NCBI GenBank assembly: GCA_964011275.1
Contig: CAXGOB010000018.1
Span: 2,951-66,950 of the forward strand
Origin: an uncultured Saprospiraceae bacterium
Lineage (GTDB): Bacteria; Bacteroidota; Bacteroidia; Chitinophagales; Saprospiraceae
Length of the DNA: 64,000 nucleotides
Direction of reading: 5' to 3'
Of this stretch, positions 41,439-50,804 are shown piece by piece. Positions within the stretch are counted from its first letter, which is position 1. Each line of letters begins with the position of its first letter. Position numbers and translations under genes: made by a program. The notes beneath the pieces are model-generated. The model was not told the origin of the DNA. It did no database searches and saw only the letters and a program-made list of their open reading frames with translations.

Positions 41439-43082
41439 CTAGTCTAACACATCTACTACTGGCCTATTGTCCATATTAGCAACTTGCCATGCTGTAGCGA
41501 ATATGAGTTGTGTTCTTTTCGCGTATTGAGGGTAGTCTATTTTATCAGGTGTATCCGTGTGTTTGTGATAGTCCTCGTGGGTACCATTAAAATAGAAGAT
41601 AACAGGGATATTATGCTTAGCGAAGTTGTAATGATCAGAACGGTAGTAGAATCGATCTGGATGTGTTTTTCCATTATATAGATAATCCATATCCATATCT
41701 CCAAAATGTGTGCTTGATACTTTCTCATGTACTCCATGTAATTCTGTGCTCAACATGTCAGAACCAATGATGTAGATATAATCATTATCATCTTTTCTTT
41801 CACTACCATTTCTGCCTATCATATCGATATTGAGATTGGCAACTGTATTTGACAATGGAAAAATAGGATCAACATCAGCATAATACTCTGATCCCCAAAG
41901 TCCTTTTTCTTCTCCTGTCACATTTAGAAATACTACTGTTCTTCTAGGTCCATTTCCTTCATTTGCTGCTGCGATGAAAGCCTCAGCAATCTCAAGAACA
42001 CCCATCGACCCTGAGCCATCATCATCAGCTCCATTATAGATCTTTCCATCATTGATGCCCACATGGTCGTAATGAGAAGATATAATAACTACTTCATCTT
42101 TAAGGTCTCTACCAGGTAAAACTGCCACTATATTTTCTGAGGTAATAGTTTTGCTCGGCCGTTCTATTTCAATTTCTATATCTGACGCTGTGTATAGTCC
42201 ACCCAATGTCTCTTTTTGATTTAATTTCATCGAAATGTCATTGAAGAAATTTTCGGATGAAGTGCCAAAAAGTTGTGCAGCTTTAGATGGCGAGATAAAA
42301 TATAAATTATACGGTCGTTCAAGTTTATCTGAATCATCTAAAGTGAACATTGGTTTAAATTTTTCACTTCTTCTTGATGCAAAAGTCATTTGAGCATCAT
42401 ATCGCTGCTGATTAGTAAATGTGATAAAAAGGTCCGTTATTCCTTTCGCTGCAAGGTTTTTTAGATTTAAAAAACTATCCTGAGGAGCATTAGCAATATT
42501 CTTCCCATTAGAGTCCATAGGATCTCCCCAAATGGCACATATAGCTTTTCCTTTTACATCAATATTTTCATAATCATTGTATTCTTCAGTTTCCATTCCG
42601 TGACCGACAAATACCATTTCTGTTGCTGTGGAGGGCTTTGGATAGGCTTGAGTAAGGAAGTCTGTACCATTGTCGAGTTGTACACTTTTACTCCGGATCG
42701 TTCCGTAGGATGTCTTTTCTTCAAGAAAAGGTATTCGCTGTAGATATGGATTTGCTTGAGACTTTATGGGACCTTTTAATCCCAAGTGATGGTAGGCATC
42801 TGACAAATAATTAGCAGCTAATTTTTGACCTCTTGTTCCTGTTTCTCTTCCTTCGAAAGCATCTGAGGCAAAGATGTATAGATGCTCTTTTAGCTCATCA
42901 GCTGTGATAGTATTCATGTATTTGATCATGGTTTGGTCGGCAAGAAGAGTTTTAGAATCTATCGTTGGGATTTTAGCTGTGGTTACCGTTTTATTGGATG
43001 CACAAGATGCAAATGTGATGATCAATAAGATAGAAAGAATTCGAAAAGAAAGAGACATGTCAGATTTTTTTATGAGTTGCAA
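41439..43082 (-). CDS. M28 family aminopeptidase lipoprotein with PA domain
   Basis: 547 aa. Has the lipobox ITFASCAS and zinc ligand blocks SHYDHVG, GADDDGSG, GEEKGLWGS and a C-terminal H region. An alternative start is the Met at 43058. Confidence 0.85.
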   Translation of the reverse strand: MQLIKKSDMSLSFRILSILLIITFASCASNKTVTTAKIPTIDSKTLLADQTMIKYMNTITADELKEHLYIFASDAFEGRETGTRGQKLAANYLSDAYHHLGLKGPIKSQANPYLQRIPFLEEKTSYGTIRSKSVQLDNGTDFLTQAYPKPSTATEMVFVGHGMETEEYNDYENIDVKGKAICAIWGDPMDSNGKNIANAPQDSFLNLKNLAAKGITDLFITFTNQQRYDAQMTFASRRSEKFKPMFTLDDSDKLERPYNLYFISPSKAAQLFGTSSENFFNDISMKLNQKETLGGLYTASDIEIEIERPSKTITSENIVAVLPGRDLKDEVVIISSHYDHVGINDGKIYNGADDDGSGSMGVLEIAEAFIAAANEGNGPRRTVVFLNVTGEEKGLWGSEYYADVDPIFPLSNTVANLNIDMIGRNGSERKDDNDYIYIIGSDMLSTELHGVHEKVSSTHFGDMDMDYLYNGKTHPDRFYYRSDHYNFAKHNIPVIFYFNGTHEDYHKHTDTPDKIDYPQYAKRTQLIFATAWQVANMDNRPVVDVLD

Positions 43083-43281
43083 AAGTAAGAAGTATCTATA
43101 TATTCAGCTCTATGATAAAATGTACGATTTAACAAGTTCCAAAAACGGCTTTGGCATCAATTTTTCTTTGGACTAAAGTGTTTTATAGAGATCAAGAATC
43201 ACCTAATGTTAGTACATTAGTATTGAGATACCTTAGTTTCAATTTCAACATTCTTAATAGTCATATACTTCTAGTTAATTC

Positions 43282-45393
43282 ATGATCTCTACCTCTTCAT
43301 ATCTTAAGACTAAAATTGACTTTCTCAAAGGAGTTGGAGAAAAAAGGGCAGAATTGCTTAGGGATGAATTGGGTGTTAAAACATTCTTTGACTTGATAAA
43401 TTTATATCCATTTAGATATATAGATCGGACTCAGTTTCATAACATTTCAACGTCCCAAGATGGAGATACCGCACAACTTAAAGGAACTATTGTCGAAAAG
43501 GAAAAGGTGAAAGGAAGGAATAATCGATATAGACTTACAGCACTGTTTAAAGATAGCAGTGGCTTTGTGGAGTTAATTTGGTTTCAGTCTGTGAAATGGT
43601 TAGAAGAGAGTATCAAAATAGGGGAGGAATATATCGTTTTTGGGAAAGTGAATGTTTTTAAAGGAAAGAAAAGCATACCTCATCCAGAATTGGAATTGGC
43701 ATCTAAGATGTCGGCACCTAAAGCCCTAGAACCTGTATATAGCAGTACAGAAAAACTGAATGCCTTTAGTTTGGATAATCGGAGTAGAAGGAAACTGGCC
43801 CAGACTGTTATCTCCAAAATATCACAAGAAGATCTACCTGAAAATTTATCCGAGAAAGTGATATCACAACTTAAACTATGTAGTAGATTTCAGTCTTATC
43901 AATGGATTCATTTTCCTCCATCTGATCTTGCATTAAAATCAGCTCAGAATCGGATTAAATTTGAAGAAGTCCTTTTTCTTCAATTGCGATTATTACAGAT
44001 AAGAAAGAAAAGAGAATTGGATTTAGCTGGGTTTTCATTTGAAAAAGTGGGGTCCTATTTTAATTCTTTTTTTAAAGAAAAACTGCCATTTGAACTTACT
44101 GATGCGCAGAAAAGAGTACTTAAAGAGATTCGAGCTGACCTTAAAAGAGGTGCTCAGATGAATAGGTTACTTCAAGGTGATGTAGGTAGTGGAAAAACGA
44201 TTGTTGCACTCATGAGCATGTTCATAGCCTTAGATAATGGCTATCAGGCATGTATGATGGCACCTACAGAGATATTGGCTCAGCAGCACTATGCATTCAT
44301 CAGTGAAAGTGTCAAAGGACTGGGTGTACAAGTGGCTTTTCTATCGGGCTCGGTTAAAGGTAAAACTAGAGCACAGCTACTTCAGTTTTTAAAAGAAGGT
44401 CATATAGACATTTTGGTAGGGACACATGCTTTGATTGAGGACCCTGTTGTGTTCAAGAAATTAGGTCTTGCAGTGATAGATGAACAACATAGGTTTGGTG
44501 TAATACAAAGAGCTAAGTTATGGAATAAAAATGATGACTATCCTCCACATGTTTTAGTTATGACAGCTACCCCTATACCACGGACATTAGCTATGACGGT
44601 TTATGGAGATTTAGATGTCTCTATTATTGATGAATTGCCACCTGGTAGAAAAGAGATAGAAACGGTGCATCGGTTCGAAAAAGACAGAACGAGGATTGTC
44701 GGATTCATGCACGAGGAAATTAAGAAAGGTAGGCAGATCTATATTGTCTATCCATTAATCGAAGAATCAGAAAAACTTGATCTTCAAAATCTGCAAGAAG
44801 GATATGAACAATTATTACCATATTTCCCTGCTCCAGACTTTCAGATAGCCGTGGTTCATGGGCGAATGAAACATGCAGATAAAGATTTGGAGATGCAAAG
44901 ATTTGTAAGTGGAAAAGCGCAGATTATGGTAGCAACAACAGTCATAGAAGTGGGTGTGAATGTACCTAATGCTTCCGTCATGATTATAGAAAATGCTGAA
45001 CGTTTTGGCCTATCTCAGTTGCATCAGTTGAGAGGTAGAGTAGGTAGAGGAGCTGAGCGATCTTTTTGTATTCTGATGACCTCATTTAAGCTCACCAAAG
45101 AAGGAAAAAAGAGGATAGAAACGATGTGCCGGACTAATAATGGATTCGAAATATCTGAAGTGGATATGGAGCTCAGAGGAGCAGGGAATATAGAGGGCAC
45201 TCAGCAAAGCGGTTCTATAGAGTTTAATCTATTAGATTTATTTCAAGATCGAAATATATTGATTACAGCAAGGCATTTGGCAGATTCTATTCTAGAGGAT
45301 GACCCGTTATTAGAAAAAGAAGAAAATCACCCAATAGCTGAGTACTTGGCAATGTATAGAGCTAAGTATAGAGATTGGGGAAGAATAAGTTGA
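43282..45393 (+). CDS. recG: ATP-dependent DNA helicase RecG
   Basis: 703 aa. Has a wedge/OB N-terminus, Walker A GDVGSGKT, the DEQHRFG box, TATPIPRTL and motif VI QLHQLRGRVGRG. Confidence 0.95.
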   Translation: MISTSSYLKTKIDFLKGVGEKRAELLRDELGVKTFFDLINLYPFRYIDRTQFHNISTSQDGDTAQLKGTIVEKEKVKGRNNRYRLTALFKDSSGFVELIWFQSVKWLEESIKIGEEYIVFGKVNVFKGKKSIPHPELELASKMSAPKALEPVYSSTEKLNAFSLDNRSRRKLAQTVISKISQEDLPENLSEKVISQLKLCSRFQSYQWIHFPPSDLALKSAQNRIKFEEVLFLQLRLLQIRKKRELDLAGFSFEKVGSYFNSFFKEKLPFELTDAQKRVLKEIRADLKRGAQMNRLLQGDVGSGKTIVALMSMFIALDNGYQACMMAPTEILAQQHYAFISESVKGLGVQVAFLSGSVKGKTRAQLLQFLKEGHIDILVGTHALIEDPVVFKKLGLAVIDEQHRFGVIQRAKLWNKNDDYPPHVLVMTATPIPRTLAMTVYGDLDVSIIDELPPGRKEIETVHRFEKDRTRIVGFMHEEIKKGRQIYIVYPLIEESEKLDLQNLQEGYEQLLPYFPAPDFQIAVVHGRMKHADKDLEMQRFVSGKAQIMVATTVIEVGVNVPNASVMIIENAERFGLSQLHQLRGRVGRGAERSFCILMTSFKLTKEGKKRIETMCRTNNGFEISEVDMELRGAGNIEGTQQSGSIEFNLLDLFQDRNILITARHLADSILEDDPLLEKEENHPIAEYLAMYRAKYRDWGRIS

Positions 45394-45435
45394 ATATTCA
45401 ATATGTCTTTTTAAAATTGATTTTTTCAAATTCAT

Positions 45436-46074
45436 TTAAGCAAAGACTTCCATTTTAGCGATATTGCTTTCCAATTTTTTCATCTCGGCTCCATAAGCCT
45501 TTTTGTTCATCTTCTCAGTCAGTAAATAGAGAAGCGGAGTACCAACACATAGAATAGTTATCAACAGAAAGAGAATTTTAGGTTCAGAAATTCTACAAAC
45601 AAATTCTCCTGTAGAATCTAATCCACTTATAAAGCCTAGAATCAAACAAACGGGAAGGAAGAACATACCCCAAATGGTCTCCATCCTCAGAGCGGATCTG
45701 ATCATTTTGTGCTCATGTTTCATTGACATGAGGATAGAATCAAAGACAGGACCTTCTTCTTTTAGGTCAAAATATTTATATAGCATGGGGAATAAGCCGA
45801 TCATATAAATGAATATACCGGTTCCTAAGGCATAGGATGTAATTAGTTTGCCCCAAGTCAATACTAATGCAATGGTTAATAATGCAATGAAAAACAAACA
45901 CCAATAGACTTTCATCAAAATCGTATTCTTTAATCTACCAATAGCATGATTTGATTCATTGGTTATAGCATCCATGATTTCTTCTTTTTTAATTTTTGAA
46001 TGAGAAAATTTTTGTTCAGACATCTTCTTCCAAGCAACCATGATGTCTTGATCTGTTCTGCTTTTTTGAATCAT
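45436..46074 (-). CDS. 4-TM membrane protein downstream of an ECF sigma factor (possible anti-sigma partner)
   Basis: 212 aa. Has a 4-nt overlap with the sigma gene. The architecture matches 18024-18629 (soluble N-terminus plus four hydrophobic segments). Confidence 0.4.
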   Translation of the reverse strand: MIQKSRTDQDIMVAWKKMSEQKFSHSKIKKEEIMDAITNESNHAIGRLKNTILMKVYWCLFFIALLTIALVLTWGKLITSYALGTGIFIYMIGLFPMLYKYFDLKEEGPVFDSILMSMKHEHKMIRSALRMETIWGMFFLPVCLILGFISGLDSTGEFVCRISEPKILFLLITILCVGTPLLYLLTEKMNKKAYGAEMKKLESNIAKMEVFA

Positions 46075-46598
46075 GATGTATAATTTTTGAATTTTGTTTT
46101 AATTGTATTTTTTATTCTGTACACTTTCACATTGATCTGATTTGCACTCATGCCAGTGATCTTAGCTATCTCGATATTCTTATATCCATCCAGATATATA
46201 GTGGCTATCATTCTATCTATTTCATCTAATGTTTTTATGATAAGATACAGTAGTTCATGATGTTCTTTAGCATCTTTTTCTTCTTGCTTATTCAGAATAG
46301 AATCGTCCAATTCTGAAGTGAATGAACTTTTATCTTTCTTTCTAAATGTCAACACTGTATTCAGTGATACTTTGTATAACCAAGTGCTAAAGGCGGATTG
46401 ACCTCTAAAATTTTTAGAAGATTTCCAAGTCTGGAGAAGTACTTCTTGTTTTACATCTTCCAGTTCATCCCGATTGTCCACATACAATCCCAGAACTTTG
46501 TGTATAATGCCCTCATGAGCATGTATTTTTTTGATAAACTCATTTTCTATTCCTGTCGCCAAAGTCAACTTTCTATTGTGATTTCCTAGTAAGTACAT
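46071..46598 (-). CDS. ECF-type RNA polymerase sigma-70 family factor
   Basis: 175 aa. Region 2 is VKQEVLLQTWKSSKNF...TWLYKVSLN. The region 4 HTH is IEIAKITGMSANQINVKVYRIKNTI. It is a paralogue of 18634-19125. The start may be internal. Confidence 0.8.
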   Translation of the reverse strand: MYLLGNHNRKLTLATGIENEFIKKIHAHEGIIHKVLGLYVDNRDELEDVKQEVLLQTWKSSKNFRGQSAFSTWLYKVSLNTVLTFRKKDKSSFTSELDDSILNKQEEKDAKEHHELLYLIIKTLDEIDRMIATIYLDGYKNIEIAKITGMSANQINVKVYRIKNTIKTKFKNYTS

Positions 46599-46785
46599 TT
46601 TAAAATGAAAAAATTACAGCAGATATGATTTTTTTATAAAAAGATTGATCCAATAACTAATCATTGTTAGGTACTTTATAAGAAATGATGTAAGTCAATA
46701 TTCGTATTGATTACCGTCATCAGTATTATTAGTTAAATGCACAACATTTGAAGAATTAATCACAACAATTAACAGAAATTCTCAA

Positions 46786-47322
46786 ATGAAAAATTATTGT
46801 AATTCTCTCATTTTATTAATACTGATAGCTTTTTTGGGTTCGTGCTCTATTAACACTTGGAGCGATTTTGATCATACCGTAGAAAAAGGTGAGTATAATA
46901 CCTATAAAATGTTTCAGCATGATTCAGACCTAGAGTTTGGTACTAATCCTATAAATAAAATTAGAATTGAAAACGCTGTTAAGTCTGGTCTTAAAAGTAT
47001 TGGACTTTCTCCTTCCGATAGCCCTGATTTACTCGTGAAGTATTTTGTGAAGTTGGATAGAAAGGAATTTATTGAGAGGTGTAATGATACTTATGAAAAC
47101 TATGAGGGTGGCGGATATTGTATAGATAGGGTCGTTCACTATGAACAAGGGACCTTAGTGTTAGATATGATAGATGTAGCGGACAACAGAATTATTTTCC
47201 ATGGTGTGGCTGAAGGAGCTCCATTAGATAAAGCTTCTGACCCAGATAAAAAGATCAATAGAATGGTTAATAAGTTAGTAGCAGATTTCGAGAAATATAG
47301 AAATGAGTATTTAATGAATTAA
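46786..47322 (+). CDS. DUF4136-type lipoprotein
   Basis: 178 aa. Has the lipobox AFLGSCS. Size and pattern (GTLVLDMIDVADNRIIFHGVAEG) are typical of DUF4136. Confidence 0.6.
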   Translation: MKNYCNSLILLILIAFLGSCSINTWSDFDHTVEKGEYNTYKMFQHDSDLEFGTNPINKIRIENAVKSGLKSIGLSPSDSPDLLVKYFVKLDRKEFIERCNDTYENYEGGGYCIDRVVHYEQGTLVLDMIDVADNRIIFHGVAEGAPLDKASDPDKKINRMVNKLVADFEKYRNEYLMN

Positions 47323-47353
47323 AAATTGTAGCATGTAGGGGTTATGATGTATT

Positions 47354-47988
47354 TTAAATCAAGTCCCAGTCCATGACTTTCTTTATCATTCCCACTGAAT
47401 TCTGTACGTCCATTTTTACAAATAAATTTCTTTTATGCGTGGCTACAGTATTAGTACTCAGAAATAGTTTGTCAGCAATTTCCTGAGTCGTAAATTCTTT
47501 AGCAATAAGTTTTATTACTTCTAGTTCTCTTTTAGTAATCTTGGGAAGATCACCAGGTTTTGCAACAGGCTTTTCTGATAAGCTCTCAATCATTTTAGCA
47601 GTAAGATTGGAACTCAATATTTTCTTTCCTTGATAGGCATCTTTAATACCTTGAATGAGTACTTCTTTGCTAGAATTTTTAAGTAAATAGCCGATAGCCC
47701 CTTTTTTGAATATGGATGTAATAATACTTCCTTCGTCATTAGTTGTAAGCATTAATATTTTCAAGTTTGGATAAGACTTAGAAGCATGCATAGTGGTCTC
47801 TAAGCCGTCCATTACCGGCATTTGAAGATCTGTAGAAGAACATCTACATCATTGTTACTAAGAAACTCTGGTACCTCTAGACCATTTGAAGCCGTACCTA
47901 TGACCTTTAAATGTTTGTCTTGTGAAAGTATAGCCTTGATGCCATCCAACAAGATTTGGTGGTCATCAGCAAGAAGTATTTTTATCAT
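47354..47988 (-). pseudogene. NarL/LuxR-type response regulator with a 1-nt frameshift at the phospho-acceptor region
   Basis: From the ATG at 47988 the translation is MIKILLADDHQILLDGIKAILSQDKHLKVIGTASNGLEVPEFLSNNDVDVLL, then the frame breaks around 47831-47840. The next frame continues TDLQMPVMDGLETT...LKILMLTT... and ends in a LuxR HTH (LTKRELEVIKLIAKEFTTQEIADKLFLSTNTVATHKRN). The total is 635 nt, one nt short of an intact 211-codon gene. There is an ATGA overlap with the kinase stop. Confidence 0.8.
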
Positions 47989-49880
47989 GATATTTCGTTT
48001 TCTGTGTTGGAATCGCTTTCTATTCTTTGAAGTGGAACATTTATAGTTACTAATGTTCCAGCACCTGGCCGGCTGTCTATCTCATAATTTCCACCTACAT
48101 AGCCGGTTCTGAATTCTATACTTTTTAGACCCATTCCTTTTTCGGAGTCTATTTGTTCTATATCAAAGCCCTTTCCGTCGTCCTCAATAGTTAGATTGAG
48201 CCACTCATCACTGTAAGTTAACTGTAACAACACCTCATCGGCTTGAGCATATTTTACTATATTATTTAGGAGCTCTTGTACTATGCGAAAGAGCATCACA
48301 TTTGTGTTGTCATTCAAAAGCTTATCAGAGCCATAAACTAAAAACTGAGCATCAAAAGGATGAGTCATGTCCATTTTAGTAATCAAATCTTCAAGGGCCT
48401 TTCTTAAACCAAGTTTTTTAAGAGCTTGAGGCATCATCTTGTGGGCAATTTTTCTTACTTCACTACAGGCTTCGTCTATCATATCACTAGCCGTATTGTA
48501 AATCCTAGTGGTCCCCTTATTGTCAAAATCAATTTTAAGAGTACTGATCTTCGCTTTCAAAGTAGATAGAAGATTACCAAGACCATCATGTAAATCTCTA
48601 GCAATTCTAGACCTTTCTTTTTCCTGACCATCCAGCATTGATCTCATAGATATTATCTGTTGTTCTTGTTTAGCTTCAGTTAACAATAGTTGATTTGCCT
48701 TTATTCTGTTTTGATAAAATAGCACTCCAATGATTAGTGCTGATAGCAGGACTCCAATTGAAAATACCAATAAATTCACTTGTCTTTCTTTTTTACTATT
48801 AATAATCTCTTCTTCAAGTAGTCGGTTTCTTAGCCTTTCTCTTTCATATTGAATTTTCATATCAGCTAGAGCCTCAAGGCTAGATTCGCTCAGTTTATAT
48901 TCCTCATATATAGTTTTTTGATCCCACAGAATTTGATAGGCTTGACGAAATTCATCAAGAAGGAGATGCTTTCTTCGCTGTGCATCCATGATCGTGTACA
49001 TGAATCCATCGCTGTCAGTAACTCCTGGTATAGCCAAAGCACGATCTAATAATCCTTGCGAACTTGAAACACCAATCTTTTCTAAATTTTGAACTAATAA
49101 GGTGGTGTCTTTACCATTTTCTGCAGCTTCATATATTAGTGAAGCCATATTGATAAGAGACTCAGCAGCTCCTATGTTATTAACCTTTATCCTCTATTCA
49201 TAGGACTCAATGTAGTTCTCAAGTGCCAAATTGTAATTTCCCATGAGTCTCGAACATTGTCCTAACCCAACATAAATTCTAGCAATGTCTATTGGTGCTC
49301 TAGGTATTTCTGATAATCTGAAATCCAGAGCTCTGTTATACTTAGCTATGGCCTTTTCAGGTTGTCCATTCATGTAATCACATATTGCCCAATTGTTAAG
49401 AATGGCAGCCTGTCTTTCTTTATTTGACGTTTCTACATATAAATCAAATCCTTGTTGATACGCTTTTTCACTTTCTTCAAAAGACTCATAATTCATAAGA
49501 ATCGCTCCTTTGGTATCATAGACTTTACCTAGCCCATTTTTATCATTGATTGAGTTGAAGAATAAAACGGCACTATCCAAATAAGCAGTTTTTAAATTCA
49601 TTTTATCATAGTCATGGCACCAAGCTGCTCTATGAAAAGCACGGCCTATTAGACGAGGGGAATTGAGTTTTTTTGCTAAAGAAATTGCTCGATATGAATA
49701 TTCTACAGCATCATTTCCATTATAAAGTATATAAGCGATTTTTATATAGGTCTCACATTTAAGACTATCATCTGGCATGGTTTCCACTACTTGTATCAGA
49801 CTATCCAATACATCTATAGTATAATTCTCAGAAGGATGTGCTAAAATGAAAAAGAGGATGTAAATCAATTTTTTGAACAT
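47985..49880 (-). pseudogene. TPR-repeat sensor histidine kinase (HisKA_3 + HATPase_c) split by one in-frame TAG
   Basis: ORF 49194-49880 (signal peptide plus TPR repeats) and ORF 47985-49148 (TPR tail, TM, H-box RIARDLHDGLGNLLS, ATPase N/G boxes) share one frame. The junction reads ...ENYIESYE-TAG-RIKVNNIGAAESLINMASLIYEAAENGK..., with the stop at 49194-49196. Confidence 0.8.
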
Positions 49881-50165
49881 ATCCTAAGTTACTATGTCTT
49901 TGTCGATTTTTATGTCTGGACTTTGGGAATAGTGAGTCATAATGCTTTTAGTCTAAGAATATGTAGCAAAGTTAGATGACAACATGACTGAATGGTATAG
50001 TTCAATTCTATGATTTTATTCCTCACACAATTGTGTAATGCTTTTAGTAGAAAAGGATGATTTTAAGAAATCATGGTTTTGGGTGTAGCCTCACCATACA
50101 TTTCTAAGTGAACTTTGTGTCATCAGAAATAATCTGATAAGCTTGTAAATCAAAAACTAAAAGTT

Positions 50166-50672
50166 TTGGAAAACCAAGAAACACTTTCAGTATCACGTCT
50201 TCAAAGAATTCGAGATCAAGGCTATTTTGAGGAAACCCAAGACGAACTAATAGCAATGGCTTATGGCAATAGATTCGCTTATATACTCTGCACTGGAATG
50301 TTAACTCTTGGTGTTTTAAGTGGGAGTATATTGATCCTCTCTACTATCATGTGCATAGTCACATTGACATTGGTGCTGCCATATCATCCTTTTGACCATG
50401 TCTATAATATGCTTATAGCCAATGGGAAAGACAAACTAGAATTACCGCCAAGATCACCTCAAATAAAATTTGCTTACGGCATAAAGGCTATTTGGATAGG
50501 ACAAATTATTTGTTTGTTTGCGACAGGTCTCTATTCTGTGGCTTTCCTGATGGGATGTTTATTGGTAGTTCTGATGCTTATAGTAAGTATAACTGATTTG
50601 TGTCTATTTTCTGTGATTTACAATTCTTTTTTCCTAAAGGATTCTTCAAAAACCGACTATTCAATTTCTTAA
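50166..50672 (+). CDS. small 4-TM membrane protein of unknown function
   Basis: 168 aa from a TTG start. Has four hydrophobic segments and faintly resembles DUF4395-type proteins. Start and family are uncertain. Confidence 0.35.
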   Translation: MENQETLSVSRLQRIRDQGYFEETQDELIAMAYGNRFAYILCTGMLTLGVLSGSILILSTIMCIVTLTLVLPYHPFDHVYNMLIANGKDKLELPPRSPQIKFAYGIKAIWIGQIICLFATGLYSVAFLMGCLLVVLMLIVSITDLCLFSVIYNSFFLKDSSKTDYSIS

Positions 50673-50804
50673 ATAAGAAACCATGAGACAGTTATTAAAG
50701 CCATTCTTTTCCTATTTCTCGATATACCACTTGTTCCTCTGGAGAGGCCACTTGCCTGATAGCACAATCATCGCAGATTACTTGAATAATAAATTATAAA
50801 GAGT

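Noticed and set aside
50683-50799. 38-codon ORF (MRQLLKPFFSYFSIYHLFLWRGHLPDSTIIADYLNNKL) just upstream of the cyclase gene
   Set aside because: It has no recognisable motif and no coding support that I can assess. It may be part of the 5' leader or promoter region.
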